From: Octopus vulgaris
Taxonomy: Eukaryota
Direction: 5' to 3'
Assembly: GCA_951406725.2 (NCBI GenBank)
Contig: OX597833.1
Location: 70,928,001-70,992,000, forward strand
DNA: 64,000 nt
In this document: piece by piece, positions 50,401 to 64,000 of the stretch
Layout: every line of letters starts with the position of its first letter
How positions within the stretch are numbered: position 1 is the stretch's first letter
Notes under the pieces: model-generated
Told to the model about the DNA's origin: nothing
The model's input: the letters and a program-made list of their open reading frames with translations, nothing else
The model's database searches: none
Program-made: the position numbers and the translations under genes

Positions 50401-53400
50401 TGTGACTCCTCTGCATAGATTATTTGTGACTCCTCTGCATAGATTATTTGTGACTCTTCTGCATAGATTATTTGTGACTCCTCTGCATAGATTATTTGTG
50501 ACTCCTCTGCATAGATTATTTGTGACTCCTCTGCATAGATTATTTGTGACTCCTCTGCATAGATTATTTGTGACTCCTCTGCATAGATTATTGTGACTCT
50601 TCTGCATAGATTTTGTGACTCTCTGCATAGATTATTTGTGACTCCTCTGCATAGATTATTTGTGACTCCTCTGCATAGATTATTTGTGACTCCTCTGCAT
50701 AGATTATTTGTGACTCCTCTGCATAAATTATATCTGACTCCTCTGCATAAATTATACGTTACTCATTTGCATAAATTATTTGTGACTCCTCTGCATAGAT
50801 TATTTGTTACTCCTCTGCATAGATTATTTGTGACTCTTCTGCATAGATTATTTGTGACTCCTCTGCATAGATTATTTGTGACTCCTCCGCATAGATTATT
50901 CGTGACTCCTCTGCATAGATCCTTTTGTGACTCCTCTGCATAGATTATTTGTGACTCCTCTGCATAGATTATTCGTGACTCCTCTGCATAGATTGTTTGT
51001 AACTCCTCTGTATAGATAATTTGTGAATCCTCTGCATAGATTATTTGTGACTCTTCTGCATAGATTATTGGTGACTCCTCTGCATAGATTAATTGTGACT
51101 CCTCTGCATAAATTATTTGTGACTCCTCTGCATAAATTATTTTTGACTCCCCTGCATAAGATTATTTGTGACTCCTCTGCATAGATAATTTGTGACTCCT
51201 CTGCATAGATTATTTGTGACTTCTTTGCATAGATTATTTGTGACTCCTCTGCATAGATTATTTGTGACTCCTCTGCATAGATTGTTTGTGACTCCTCTGC
51301 ATAGATTATTTGTGACTCCTCTGCATAGATTAATTGTGACTCCTCTGCATAGATTATTTGTGACTCCTCTGCATAGATTATTAGTGACTCCTCTGCATAG
51401 ATTATTTGTGACTCCTCTGCATAGATTATTGTGACTCCTCTGCATAAATTATTGTGACTCCTCTGCATAGATTATTTGTGACTCCTCTGCATAGATTATT
51501 CGTGACTCCTCTGCATAGATTATTTGTGACTCCTCCGCATAGATTATTTGTGACTCCTCTACATAGATTAATTTTGACTCCTCTGCATAAATTATTTGTG
51601 TCTCCTCTGCATAGATAATTTGTATCTCCGCTGCATAGATTATTTGTGACTCCCTGCATAGATTATTTGTGACTCCTCTGCATAGATTATTTGTGACACT
51701 TCTGCATAGATTATTTGTGACTCCTCTGCATAGATTATTCGTGACTCCTCTGCATAGATTATTTGTGACTCCTCTGCATAGATTATTCGTGACTCTTCTG
51801 CATAGATTATTTGTGACTCCTCTGCATAGATTATTTGTGACTCCTCTGCATAGATTATTTGTGACTCCTCTGCATAGATTAATTGTGACTCCTCTGCATA
51901 GATTATTTGTGACTCCTCTGCATAGATTATTTTGTGACTCCTCTGCATAGATTATTTGTGACTCCTCTGCATAGATTATTGTGACTCCTCTGCATAGATT
52001 ATTTGTGACTCCTCTGCATAGATTATTTGTGACTCCTCTGCATAGATTATTAGTGACTCCTCTGCATAGATTATTTGTGACTCCTCTGCATAGATTATTT
52101 GTGACTCCTCTGCATAGATTATTTGACTCCTCTGCATAGATTAAATGTGACTCCTCTGCATAGATTATTTGTGACTCCTCTGCATAGATTACTTGTGACT
52201 CCTCTGCATAGATTATTTGTGACTCCTCTGCATAGATTAATTGTGACTCCTCTGCATAGATTAATTGTGATTCTTCTGCATAGATTACTTGTGACTCCTC
52301 TGCACAAATTATTCGTGACTCCTCTGCATAGATTATTTGTGACTCCTCTGCATAGATTATTTGTGACTCCTCTGCATAGATTATTTGTGACTCCTCTGCA
52401 TAGATTATTTGTGACTCCTCTGCATAGATTATTTGTGACTCCTCTGCATAGATTATTTGTGACTCCTCTGCATAGATTATTTGTGACTCTCTCTTATCTC
52501 TGCATAGATTATTTGTGACTCCTCTGCATAGATTATTTGTGACTCCTCTGCATAGATTATTTGTGACTCCTCTGCATAGATTAATTGTGACTCCTCTGCA
52601 TAGATTAATTGTGATTCTTCTGCATAGATTACTTGTGACTCCTCTGCACAAATTATTCGTGACTCCTCTGCATAGATTAATTGTGACTCCTCTGCATAGA
52701 TTAATTGTGACTCCTCTGCATAGATTACTTGTGACTCCTCTGCATAGATTATTTGTGACTCCTCTGCATAGATTATTTGTGACTCCTCTGCATAGATTAT
52801 TTGTGACTCTTCTGCATAGATTACTTGTGACTCCTCTGCATAGATTATTTGTGACTCCTCTGCATAGATTATTTGTGACTCTTCTGCATAGATTACTTGT
52901 GACTCCTCTGCATAGCTTATTTGTGACTCTTCTGCATAGATTATTTGTGACTCCTCTGCATAGATTGTTTGTGACTCCTCTGCATAGATTGTTTGTGACT
53001 CCTCTGAATGAATTATTCGTGTCTCCTCTGCGTAGACTATTTGTGACTCCTCTGCATAGATTATTCGTGACTCCTCCGCATAGATTATTCGTGACTCCAC
53101 TGCATAGATCCTTTGTGACTCCTCTGCATAGATTGTTTGTGACTCCTCTGCATGAATTATTCGTGACTCCTCTGCATAGACTATTTGTGACTCCTCTGCA
53201 TAGATTATTCGTGACTCCTCTGCATAGATTATTCGTGACTCCACTGCATAGATCCTTTGTGACTCCACTGCATAGATTATTTGTGACTCCTCTGCATAGA
53301 TTATTTGTGACTCCTCTGCATAGATTAATTGAGACTCCTCTGCATACATTAATTGAGACTCCTCTGCATACATTATTTGTGACTCCTCTGCATAGATTAA

Positions 53401-53460
53401 TTGTGACTCCTCTGCATAGATTATTCGTGAGTCCTCTGCACAAATTATTCGTGACTCCTC
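47450..53460. repeat. Minisatellite, 24-bp unit TTATTTGTGACTCCTCTGCATAGA, ~250 copies
   Basis: Direct reading; source of the LFVTPLHR/NNLCRGVT/IIYAEESQ pseudo-ORFs. Confidence 0.97.
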
Positions 53461-54454
53461 AAATTCCATGAAGGCCAGTTTAGCCTTTAATTCTGGCCGG
53501 GTGAATAAAACAAAGGACCGATCAAGTACTGGAAAGTCATTTTCATAATAATCGTCATCATCATCATCACCATTCAGTGTTCATTTTCCTTGATGGCATG
53601 GGTTTAATAGTTTGAAAGGGGTTGTGTGAGCCAGAGAAGAGTAGCAAGCTGTTGTTGTCTGCTTTGACATAGTTTCTAAGCTAGATGCCTTTCCTAATGC
53701 TGCCAATCACTACAGAATGTCCCAGGTGCTTTATATGAGGCACTGGCAGCCACAAAATCACAAAGGGACTTGCAATTGAGAGGGGTGGCTTTATGCCAGG
53801 TATGAATCTCTCAGATTCAACATGTCTCGGGGTGAAAAACGTTCCAGTTATGGCCAACCTGTCATTTTTGTTCAGGTATCACACAGCTTACTTTACACCT
53901 ATCAATTTCTTTTAAGATGTAAGGGAAATTTGGCTTCTCTTTCCAGCAAGTCAAGAGACCGTGTTGAGGCTCAATGTGAATGTGCGATTCAAATTTATGC
54001 AAATGAGAGAGCACAAATGGAATAAGAGACATCATCATCATTTAAGGTCCGCTTTCCATGCTAGCATGGGTTGGACGATTTTGACTGAGGGTTGGTGAAC
54101 CCGATGGCTGCACCAGGCTCCAATCTTGATCTGGCAGAGTTTCTACGGCTGGATGCCCTTCCTAACGCCAACCACTCCGAGAGTGTAGTGGGTGCTTTTA
54201 CATGCCACTGGCACGGGCGCCAATCAGGCGGTACTGGCAATGACTCGCTCAAATCTTTTACACATGCCACCGGCACAGGTGCCAGTGAAGTGACGTTGGT
54301 CATCAGGAGTATTAACAGGTGTTTTATATACTGGAGGTCTGACCCTGCTAGTTTGTGCTTACAAAGCTTTTGGATGAAGAAGCAGTGGAAAGAACAAGTT
54401 GGATATAAAGAACAGATTAATTATAGCAATAGGGGACCGTCTTATCAGGTATGC

Positions 54455-54666
54455 TCTTTACTGTTTTACTTGTTTCAGTCATTTGACCGCAGCCATGCTG
54501 GAGCACCGTCTTTAGTCGAGCAAATCGATCCCGGGACTTATTCTTTGTTAAGCCCAGTACTTATTCTGTTGGTCTCTTTTACTGAACCGCTAAGTGACGG
54601 GGACGTAAACATACCAGCATCGGTTGTCAAGCAATGCTAGGGGGACAAACACAGACACACACACAC

Positions 54667-54709
<43 letters not shown>

Positions 54710-54882
54710 TACATATATACGACAGGCTTCTTTCAGGTTCCGTCTACCAAATCCACTCACAAGACATTGGTCGGCCCGGGGCTATAGCAGAAGACACTTG
54801 CCCAAGGTGCCATGCAGTGGGACTGAACTCAGAACCATGTGGTTGGTAAGCAAGCTACTTACCACACAGCCACTCCTGTGCC
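54455..54882 (-). mobile_element. SINE family A
   Basis: Sequence identity to other copies. Confidence 0.85.
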
Positions 54883-55504
54883 TGGATATTAAAAAAAGAA
54901 AACAACATCGAAACCCTTGGACTTCATAGAAAAGATGACACAAAACATGGAAAGATGTGGAAGCTTGTGGATGATGGTTTTGTAAGAGAAAACCCCACCT
55001 ACAGAGATCTTTTTAGTTGCATCATGCTTCTGCTCGGCTGAGCCCCATTGCTGCTGTTGTTATTGTTGTTGTTGTTAAGCAACAAGACGGGTCAGGGTGG
55101 TTAGGTGATGGTCTAGGGCTTAGGGGCGGGAGACCCCAGACCTTGGAAAAAAAAAAAGAAAAAACTTTGGTCGTTTTGTAGTCGAGGGCTCTTCGTTGAC
55201 GCCCAACACCACAGGGAAGTGGCCCTCAAAGTCGCTGGAAATGGAGATCTCCAGGTCCAAATTCTTGAACAGCTGCTGCTGCTGTTCCCTGTGACGTACA
55301 GCAATGGATTGGATAGACCTGTTGTGCTTTCTTGTATCGCATCAGAGTGAAGGTGTGTGGCTTAATGGTTAGAGTGTTTGGCTCATGATCAGAAGGTCAT
55401 GAGTTCAATTGCTGGCAGCATGCCGTGCCCTTGAGCAATAAAATATTAGTAATTCACAGGTGGTCAATTGCATTGCCTCTATCCACTTGCCTTACACTGA
55501 AGAA

Positions 55505-55540
<36 letters not shown>

Positions 55541-55905
55541 GAGTGAGAGAGCAGTTCATGCCATCAAAGTGACACTGGAGTAAAATATACGAAGCCCAAT
55601 ATACCCATCATGACTACCCGTCTAATAAGGGTACACTAGGCACATGCATCACAACCATATGTGCACAACATGGTGATCTCATATCAAGATAAACAGCACA
55701 TGACCTTGCAGGTGGAGCCCAGTTAGAATTTTCTTCTGGTCGAGTAACCCATCCTACACAAAAGATCCCTGAGTAAGGGTTGTTTAAGGATGATGAACGA
55801 AACACCCATGTTTCCAGAGGTGAATTATTCAAACCCCAAAGAATCCCTCTCAACACATGGCTATGATGCTCCCCTACTACTTCTGCTCACGATCAGAGAT
55901 GCACA

Positions 55906-55939
<34 letters not shown>

Positions 55940-56327
55940 AAGGCAGTGAGCTGGCAGAATCATGACCATGCTCAGCAGCCTTTCACCTGTCTTTCTGAGT
56001 TCAAATTCTGCCAGAGTTGATTTTATCTTTCATCCTTTTGGGGTTGATAAATTAAGGACCAGTGACGGAGTTGATTTAATCAACTCGTCCCCCTTTCAGG
56101 CCTTGTGCCTAGAATAGAAAGAATTATTATTATTATCAAGGCATAAGGTGGCACATAAAAAGCACCCACTACACTCGCGGAGTGGTTGGCGTTAGGAAGG
56201 GCATCCAGCCGTAGAAACTCTGCCAGATCAGACTGGAGCCTGGAGCAGCTGGCTTCCCAGACCCCAGTTGAACCGTCCAACCCGTGCAAGCATGGAAAAC
56301 GGACGTTAAACGATGATGATGATGATG

Positions 56328-56370
<43 letters not shown>

Positions 56371-57006
56371 GCTTGGCATAGTTGTTAAACATCAGATAGA
56401 ATATTTTGTGGTATTTAATAATGATTCTGTGGATTGTGAGTTCAAATCCTGCCATGGAAAACTTTACCTTTCATCTTTTTAGTAGGGTTTGATAAAATGA
56501 AATGCCAGTCATGTAATGGGGGTCAATGATATCAACTAACTCCCTTCTATAAATTTCAGACTTTTTGTCTAAATTAAAAACAATTATTATTTTTATTGTC
56601 ATGGTTTGAAAAATGTATCAAGAGTTTCCTTTTTCAAAACAAGAATCTGGAGAGACAACTTGGAAAAGATGCCTGGAAGTGTTCAGAGTAAACGAGGGTG
56701 TTAATAATGGAAAACATTTAACGAGGAATGATCAAGGTTAATGAGAATGTATCAGGTTAACAAAGAATGATCAAGGTTAATGAGAATGTGTCAGGTGAAC
56801 AAATATATTTATGATGAGCAAAAATGTTTCATGGAAGAATAAATACACTATGTTTACAGATCCTAAAATTGCTATTTTCTGGAATGTGCCTATGTCTACA
56901 TTGGAGGTAATTTGTCAATGTCCCTAGAGAAATAGTGGAGTATCACTTCAGTTAGAAAATTACTATTTGTAACTCTCACAACGTGAGATATTCAACAACA
57001 GTACTT

Positions 57007-57295
57007 TGGAGTAAAGGTTGTTTGCCAACATAACATAGCAGTCCTGGTTTAGGACGAATGTTGCTGTAATTTAGCCCCAGGAGACATCGTCTCCAGCTGG
57101 GCTATACGACACGATCTGTGTCCTTATATTGTTTTGAGCTGAGTAGGAGTGCTAGATTCCTTTGTTCGAAAATATAAGGACATAGATCGTGTTGTATAGC
57201 CCAGCTGGAGATGATGTCTCCTTGGGCTAAATAACAGCAACATTCGTCCTAAACCAGGACTGATATGTTTATGTTGGCAAACAGTCTTTACTCCA
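57007..57295. mobile_element. Foldback/MITE-like element, ~125-bp inverted arms
   Basis: tggagtaaag...tccttatatt / aatataagga...ctttactcca with ~40-nt loop. Confidence 0.8.
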
Positions 57296-57755
57296 TCACT
57301 TCAATTGTTTGCTAATTACAAATGGAATGACAGGACATGTAATGTTTTCTTAAGTTCAAACTGATAGGGTGATATTCTTATTGTGACCATCTTGGCCTTT
57401 CGTCCTGTCACAACAGATAAAAAGGGTTTCAGCTGAGCAGTGGGGGGTGGAAGGGGTTGATATAACTGGCAAACATGCTTCCTACAAATGTCAGACCTTC
57501 TGCTTAGAGTAGAAAGAATTATTAATAAAGGAGGACAACTGGCAGAATTGACAGTACACGGGGCAGGAACGCACCTAGTGGCAGTTCATCTGCCTCTATG
57601 TTCTGAGTTCAAAATCCATCAAGGTCTCAACTTTGCCTTTCATCCTTTCAGGGTTGATAACATAAAGTACCAGTTGAATACTGGGGTTGATGTAATCAAC
57701 TAACTCCCTCCCACAAAATGTCAGGCCTTGTGCCTATAGTTTTATTTTCATTATG

Positions 57756-57799
<44 letters not shown>

Positions 57800-59192
57800 G
57801 AAGGTGGGGGACTGTCAGAACCATTAGTAATGCATCGGACAAGATGCCTAGCAGCATCTCTTCCAGCTCTTTGTGTTCTGAGTTCAAACTCCACCATGGT
57901 TAACTTTGCCTTTCATCCTTTCAAGGTTGGCAAGATAAAATAACAATCATGTACTAGTTGAGTACACGGACTAACATTATCGACAACCACCCCCCACACA
58001 CACCTCCTGTAAAATTTCAAGCCTTCTGCCTATAGTAGAACGGTTTCTTCTTCTTCTTTTTCTTCTAATTATTATTATTATTATTATTATGCTGCGCTCA
58101 CCTTTGGCTTTCATCCTTTTGGGGGTTGATGAAATACCAGCTGAATACTAGGGTCGATGTAATCAACTAGTCCCCCTCCCCACAAATTTCAAGCCTTGTA
58201 CCTATAGTAGAATTATTATTATTATTATTATTTATTATTCCAGCCATGTACTGGGGTCGTTTGTATCAACTAACGCTCTCTCTCCCTCAAATTTCAGTAT
58301 CAGAAATAATAATAATAATAATCATGATTATAGCAATAAAGAATTTTAAAAATCCCTATTATTACACTAAATCTCGTCCCTCGATTATTCAATACAATAA
58401 TAATCTCTCTATTCACCTTGTTAGAAATATCTATTTTGTTAGTTTTTCATTTTATAATAATAATAATAATGAAATTATTGTATACAGTGCTCAGGTGCAC
58501 CACAACTTGTCAGAAAGTGCATATAAAGTACATGCAGCAATGTAGAAATGTCTGGAAAGCGAACAATGTATGAGTCAGATACAAGCTTTTGTCGAAACCC
58601 TTGGACTTCATAGAAAAGATGACACAAAACATGGAAAGATGTGGAAGCTTGTGGATGATGGTTTTGTAAGAGAAAACCCCACCTACAGAGATCTTTTTAG
58701 TTGCATCATGCTTCTGCTCAGCTGAGCCCCATTGCTGCTGTTGTTATTGTTGTTGTTGTTAAGCAACAAGACGGGTCAGGGTGGTTAGGTGATGGTCTAG
58801 GGCTTAGGGGCGGGAGACCCCAGACCTTGGAAAAAAAAAAAGAAAAAACTTTGGTCGTTTTGTAGTCGAGGGCTCTTCGTTGACGCCCAACACCACAGGG
58901 AAGTGGCCCTCAAAGTCGCTGGAAATGGAGATCTCCAGGTCCAAATTCTTGAACAGCTGCTGCTGCTGCTGTTCCCTGTGACGATACAGCAATGGATTGG
59001 ATAGACCTGTTGTGCTTTCTTGTATCGCATCAGAGTGAAGGTGTGTGGCTTAATGGTTAGAGTGTTTGGCTCATGATCAGAAGGTCATGAGTTCAATTGC
59101 TGGCAGCATGTCGTGCCCTTGAGCAATAAAATATTAGTAATTCACAGGTGGTCAATTGCATTGCCTCTATCCACTTGCCTTACACTGAAGAA

Positions 59193-59225
<33 letters not shown>

Positions 59226-59587
59226 GAGTGAGAGAGCAGTGCATGCCATCAAAGTGACACTGGGGTAAAATATACGAAGCCCAATATACCCATCATGACT
59301 ACCCGTCTAATAAGGGTACACTAGGCACATGCATCACAACCATATGTGCACAACATGGTGATCTCATATCAAGATAAACAGCACATGACCTTGCAGGTGG
59401 AGCCCAGTTAGAATTTTCTTCTGGTCGAGTAACCCATCCTACACAAAAGGTCCCTGAATAAGGGTTGTTTAAGGATGATGAACGAAACACCCATATTTCC
59501 AGAGGTGAATTATTCAAACCCCAAAGAATCCCTCTCAACACATGGCTATGATGCTCCCCCACTTCTGCTCATGATCAGAGATGCACA

Positions 59588-59626
<39 letters not shown>

Positions 59627-60020
59627 ATAAGGCAGTGAGCTGGCAGAATCATGACCATGCTCAGCAGCCTTTCACCTGTCTTTCTGAGTTCAAATTCTGC
59701 CAGAGTTGATTTTATCTTTCATCCTTTTGGGGTTGATAAATTAAGGACCAGTGACGGAGTTGATTTAATCAACTCGTCCCCCTTTCAGGCCTTGTGCCTA
59801 GAATAGAAAGAATTATTATTATTATCAAGGCATAAGGTGGCACATAAAAAGCACCCACTACACTCGCGGAGTGGTTGGCGTTAGGAAGGGCATCCAGCCG
59901 TAGAAACTCTGCCAGATCAGACTGGAGCCTGGTGCAGCCTTCTGGCTTCCCAGACCCCAGTTGAACCGTCCAACCCGTGCAAGCATGGAAAACGGACGTT
60001 AAACGATGATGATGATGATG

Positions 60021-60063
<43 letters not shown>

Positions 60064-60703
60064 GCTTGGCATAGTTGTTAAACATCAGATAGAATATTTA
60101 GTGGTATTTAATAATGATTCTGTGGATTGTGAGTTCAAATCCTGCCATGGAAAACTTTACCTTTCATCTTTTTAGTAGGGTTTGATAAAATGAAATGCCA
60201 GTCATGTAATGGGGGTCAATGATATCAACTAACTCCCTTCTATAAATTTCAGACTTTTTGTCTAAATTAAAAACAATTATTATTTTTATTGTCATGGTTT
60301 GAAAAATGTATCAAGAGTTTCCTTTTTCAAAACAAGAATCTGGAGAGACAACTTGGAAAAGATGCCTGGAAGTGTTCAGAGTAAACGAGGGTGTTAATAA
60401 TGGAAAACATTTAACAAGGAATGATCAAGGTTAATGAGAATGTATCAGGTTAACAAAGAATGATCAAGGTTAATGAGAATGTGTCAGGTGAACAAATATA
60501 TTTATGATGAGCAAAAATGTTTCATGGAAGAATAAATACACTAACAATGTTTACAGATCCTTAAATTGCTATTTTCTGGAATGTGCCTATGTCTACCTTG
60601 GAGGTAATTTGTCAATGTCCCTAGAGAAATAGTGGAGTATCACTTCAGTTAGAAAATTACTATTTGTAACTCTCACAACGTGAGATATTCAACAACAGTA
60701 CTT

Positions 60704-60992
60704 TGGAGTAAAGGTTGTTTGCCAACATAACATGGCAGTCCTGGTTTAGGACGAATGTTGCTGTAATTTAGCCCCAGGAGACATCGTCTCCAGCTGGGCT
60801 ATACGACACGATCTGTGTCCTTATATTGTTTTGAGCTGAGTAGGAGTGCTAGATTCCTTTGTTCGAAAATATAAGGACATAGATCGTGTCGTATAGCCCA
60901 GCTGGAGATGATGTCTCCTTGGGCTAAATAACAGCAACATTCGTCCTAAACCAGGACTGACATGTTTATGTTGGCAAACAGTCTTTACTCCA
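60704..60992. mobile_element. Second copy of the foldback element
   Basis: Lies within duplication copy 2. Confidence 0.8.
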
Positions 60993-61452
60993 TCACTTCA
61001 ATTGTTTGCTAATTACAAATGGAATGACAGGACATGTAATGTTTTCTTAAGTTCAAACTGATAGGGTGATATTCTTATTGTGACCATCTTGGCCTTTCGT
61101 CCTGTCACAACAGATAAAAAGGGTTTCAGCTGAGCAGTGGGGGGTGGAAGGGGTTGATATAACTGGCAAACATGCTTCCTACAAATGTCAGACCTTCTGC
61201 TTAGAGTAGAAAGAATTATTAATAAAGGAGGACAACTGGCAGAATTGACAGCACACGGGGCAGGAACGCACCTAGTGGCAGTTCATCTGCCTTTATGTTC
61301 TGAGTTCAAAATCCATCAAGGTCTCAACTTTGCCTTTCATCCTTTCAGGGTTGATAACATAAAGTACCAGTTGAATACTGGGGTTGATGTAATCAACTAA
61401 CTCCCTCCCACAAAATGTCAGGCCTTGTGCCTATAGTTTTATTTTCATTATG

Positions 61453-61487
<35 letters not shown>

Positions 61488-62132
61488 GAAGGTGGGGGAC
61501 TGTCAGAACCATTAGTAATGCATCGGACAAGATGCCTAGCAGCAGCTCTTTGTGTTCTGAGTTCAAACTCCACCATGGTTAACTTTGCCTTTCATCCTTT
61601 CAAGGTTGGCAAGATAAAATAACAATCATGTACTAGTTGAGTACACGGACTAACATTATCGACAACCACCCCCCACACACACCTCCTGTAAAATTTCAAG
61701 CCTTCTGCCTATAGTAGAACGGTTTCTTCTTCTTCTTTTTCTTCTAATTATTATTATTATTATTATTATGCTGCGCTCACCTTTGGCTTTCATCCTTTTG
61801 GGGGTTGATGAAATACCAGCTGAATACTAGGGTCGATGTAATCAACTAGTCCCCCTCCCCACAAATTTCAAGCCTTGTACCTATAGTAGAATTATTATTA
61901 TTATTATTATTTATTATTCCAGCCATGTACTGGGGTCGTTTGTATCAACTAACGCTCTCTCTCCCTCAAATTTCAGTATCAGAAATAATAATAATAATAA
62001 TCATTATTATAGCAATAAAGAATTTTTAAAATCACTATTATTACACTAAGTCTCATCCCTCAATTATTCAATACAATAATAATCTCTCTATTCGCCTTGT
62101 TAGAAATATCTATTTTGTTAGTTTTTCATTTT

Positions 62133-62480
62133 ATAATAATAATAATAATGAAATTATTGTATACAGTGCTCAGGTGCACCACAACTTGTCAGAAAGTGCA
62201 TATAAAGTACATGCAGCAATGTAGAAATGTCTGGAAAGCGAACAATGTATGAGTCAGATACATGCTTGTGTGTGTATGGAGGGGAGAAAATCAGTTGTAG
62301 TGTTGGCGAATCTCAGGAAGCATGGAAGTTTTGAAGGATGCGGTGCTCCGACAACTAACAACTGATGCCGGCAGTTTGTTCCATGCTTCAGCAACTCTCA
62401 GCGTGAAAAAATGTTTCCAAAAGTCATGGAAGGAGCTGTGCTGTTTTCTGACTTTGTAAATATGTCCACGGGTGTTAGAT
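62133..62480 (-). mobile_element. CR1 family 2 3' fragment
   Basis: Matches 42930-43260; the copy at 58455-58583 is cut by the duplication junction. Confidence 0.8.
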
Positions 62481-62887
62481 GGAATGAAATGCCATCTGAG
62501 CTCTCTTTCTCCCCTTCACACTTTTTTCCTAATTCTCTCTCTCTCTCTCTTTAATCAAATATATTTCATATACCAGCAATAACTGAATGGAATTGTGTCC
62601 AAAACACTTCAGGTTCCATTCATTGATTCAAACTCTTCTCTGCATTTTATATTTGGATTTCCGATTTATCTCCCTTGCCCTTTCTTTTTTATCTTTCACA
62701 CAACTTCGTCATTAACAATTAATGATTGTTTTTGCTCTTCATTACGGGTGTAATTATAATTAAGTCGAAATTCTTTTCCATGGCTCATCATATTAAGTAT
62801 CTTATCTCCCATTTATATATATATATATAGTAGTAGTAGGCATCTATTGGTCTTGAGAGGCCAAAGTTAACAGTGTGGTCATTTGTA

Positions 62888-62927
<40 letters not shown>

Positions 62928-64000
62928 TGTAATAGGATTTACTAATCCAGACTGAGTTTAATTAAGCTTTTTGTATGAAGGAAAAATGTATTTTTCTTGT
63001 TAATTTTATATCGTACATGATGACGTGTCATATTTCTGCGTTTCAAATATTGTAACATTTTTAATAAAATAATAAACATGGGAAAAAAAAGTTTGTTTTT
63101 TTTCACACAAAAATATAAATTTTTTTTTTTCTTTTGGCATTTGTATGTTATGAAGGTCACAGGAAGACTGGCAGAATTGCAGGAACAATGGGACAAACTG
63201 ATAAAGTCTAATATTTGGTCATGTTCTGGTTTTACATTCTAGGTTCAAATCAACTGGGTAGAATTTCGTTTTCATCTCTTAGGGGTACCAAATGAAATTA
63301 AAGTACAAATCAAGTGCTGGGGTTGATAGAATCAATGACAATTCCCTACCTTTAACCCCAAAATTTATAAACTATTTGATGTAATAAAGGGCAGCGAGTT
63401 GGCAGGAAGAGTAGAGGGAGCAGACCAGACCTATCTCCCTATTTCTCTTGTCTTCCCATTTCAAGGGTTTGGCTCAGTGGTTAAAAGGTTTGCTTTGGAA
63501 CTACATAGCAACAGGTTCAATCTCATGTATAGCACTTGAAACAAGTGTCTTTCACCAAAACTTCAGATTAATCAAAATCTGGGTGACAGAAACTGTGAAG
63601 AATCCCCACTGAAGGGATCACTAATCCCGTTTTGGGGTTGTTGGGGTTTAATTTGTTGTCCAGTTTAATAATCACCATCACTTGGTCACTTTGGAAGTGT
63701 TTAGCAATGTCCACTTTGTTGGAAGTTTTTGGGCCAGGTGACCAGTTTGAGGAGAATTCCTGCCTACCAGTCTCAGAATCCCTGAAAAGGGTCAGAGATG
63801 AGATGCTATATTTGCTCCTTTAACTAATTTATTAAAATAATAAAGGCTCAGTTTTTCCATTCATCTCCTCACAGATGTGACAAAATGGCTAACAGTATGA
63901 AAATTATATTTATGAAATCAATTATATTTCTCGTTGATAAACATCAATTGTCTTTTTGTCAAGAAAAGATATTACTCTTATGTACCAGAGCGGAATGGTC

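Larger units (their letters stand above)
54908..62262. repeat. Tandem segmental duplication, ~3.68 kb x2 (54908-58583, 58592-62262)
   Basis: Both copies start tcgaaacccttggacttcatag and end gagtcagataca; they differ mainly in microsatellite lengths and a few SNPs/indels. Confidence 0.95.

Noticed and set aside
47432-53471. Long ORFs up to 664 aa, and a possible CRISPR-like array
   Set aside because: Translations of a 24-bp tandem unit with frequent frameshifts; units are contiguous with no unique spacers and there are no cas genes

Overview
Eukaryotic, AT-rich and repeat-dense DNA. The tRNA-SINE families, LINE tails and (TA)n/(CAT)n/(ATT)n tracts suggest a coleoid cephalopod, probably Octopus (inference). 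Nearly all ORFs in the supplied track are repeat artefacts. Manual splicing gives one complete + strand gene of 9 coding exons (27290-44673). All introns are GT-AG with matching phases, and the 2718-nt CDS encodes 905 aa. The apparent architecture is PDZ-PDZ-degenerate Roc GTPase (no P-loop GKS/T)-COR-Cys-rich-Death domain, an unusual Roco-like scaffold. A second hidden layer is a set of five minimal hammerhead-ribozyme motifs on the - strand. They sit in short Penelope-like elements between (TA)n tracts and in one tRNA-headed SINE, and two have a compensatory U3-A8 core. Other content: many tRNA-SINEs, RTE, CR1 and RLE-type LINE relics, a Tc1 relic, TTAA piggyBac-type MITEs, two 66-67 bp minisatellites grown from an RTE 3' subrepeat, a 6-kb 24-bp minisatellite and a recent ~3.7-kb tandem duplication containing a long foldback element. 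Domain and family calls come from motif recognition by eye, not database searches.
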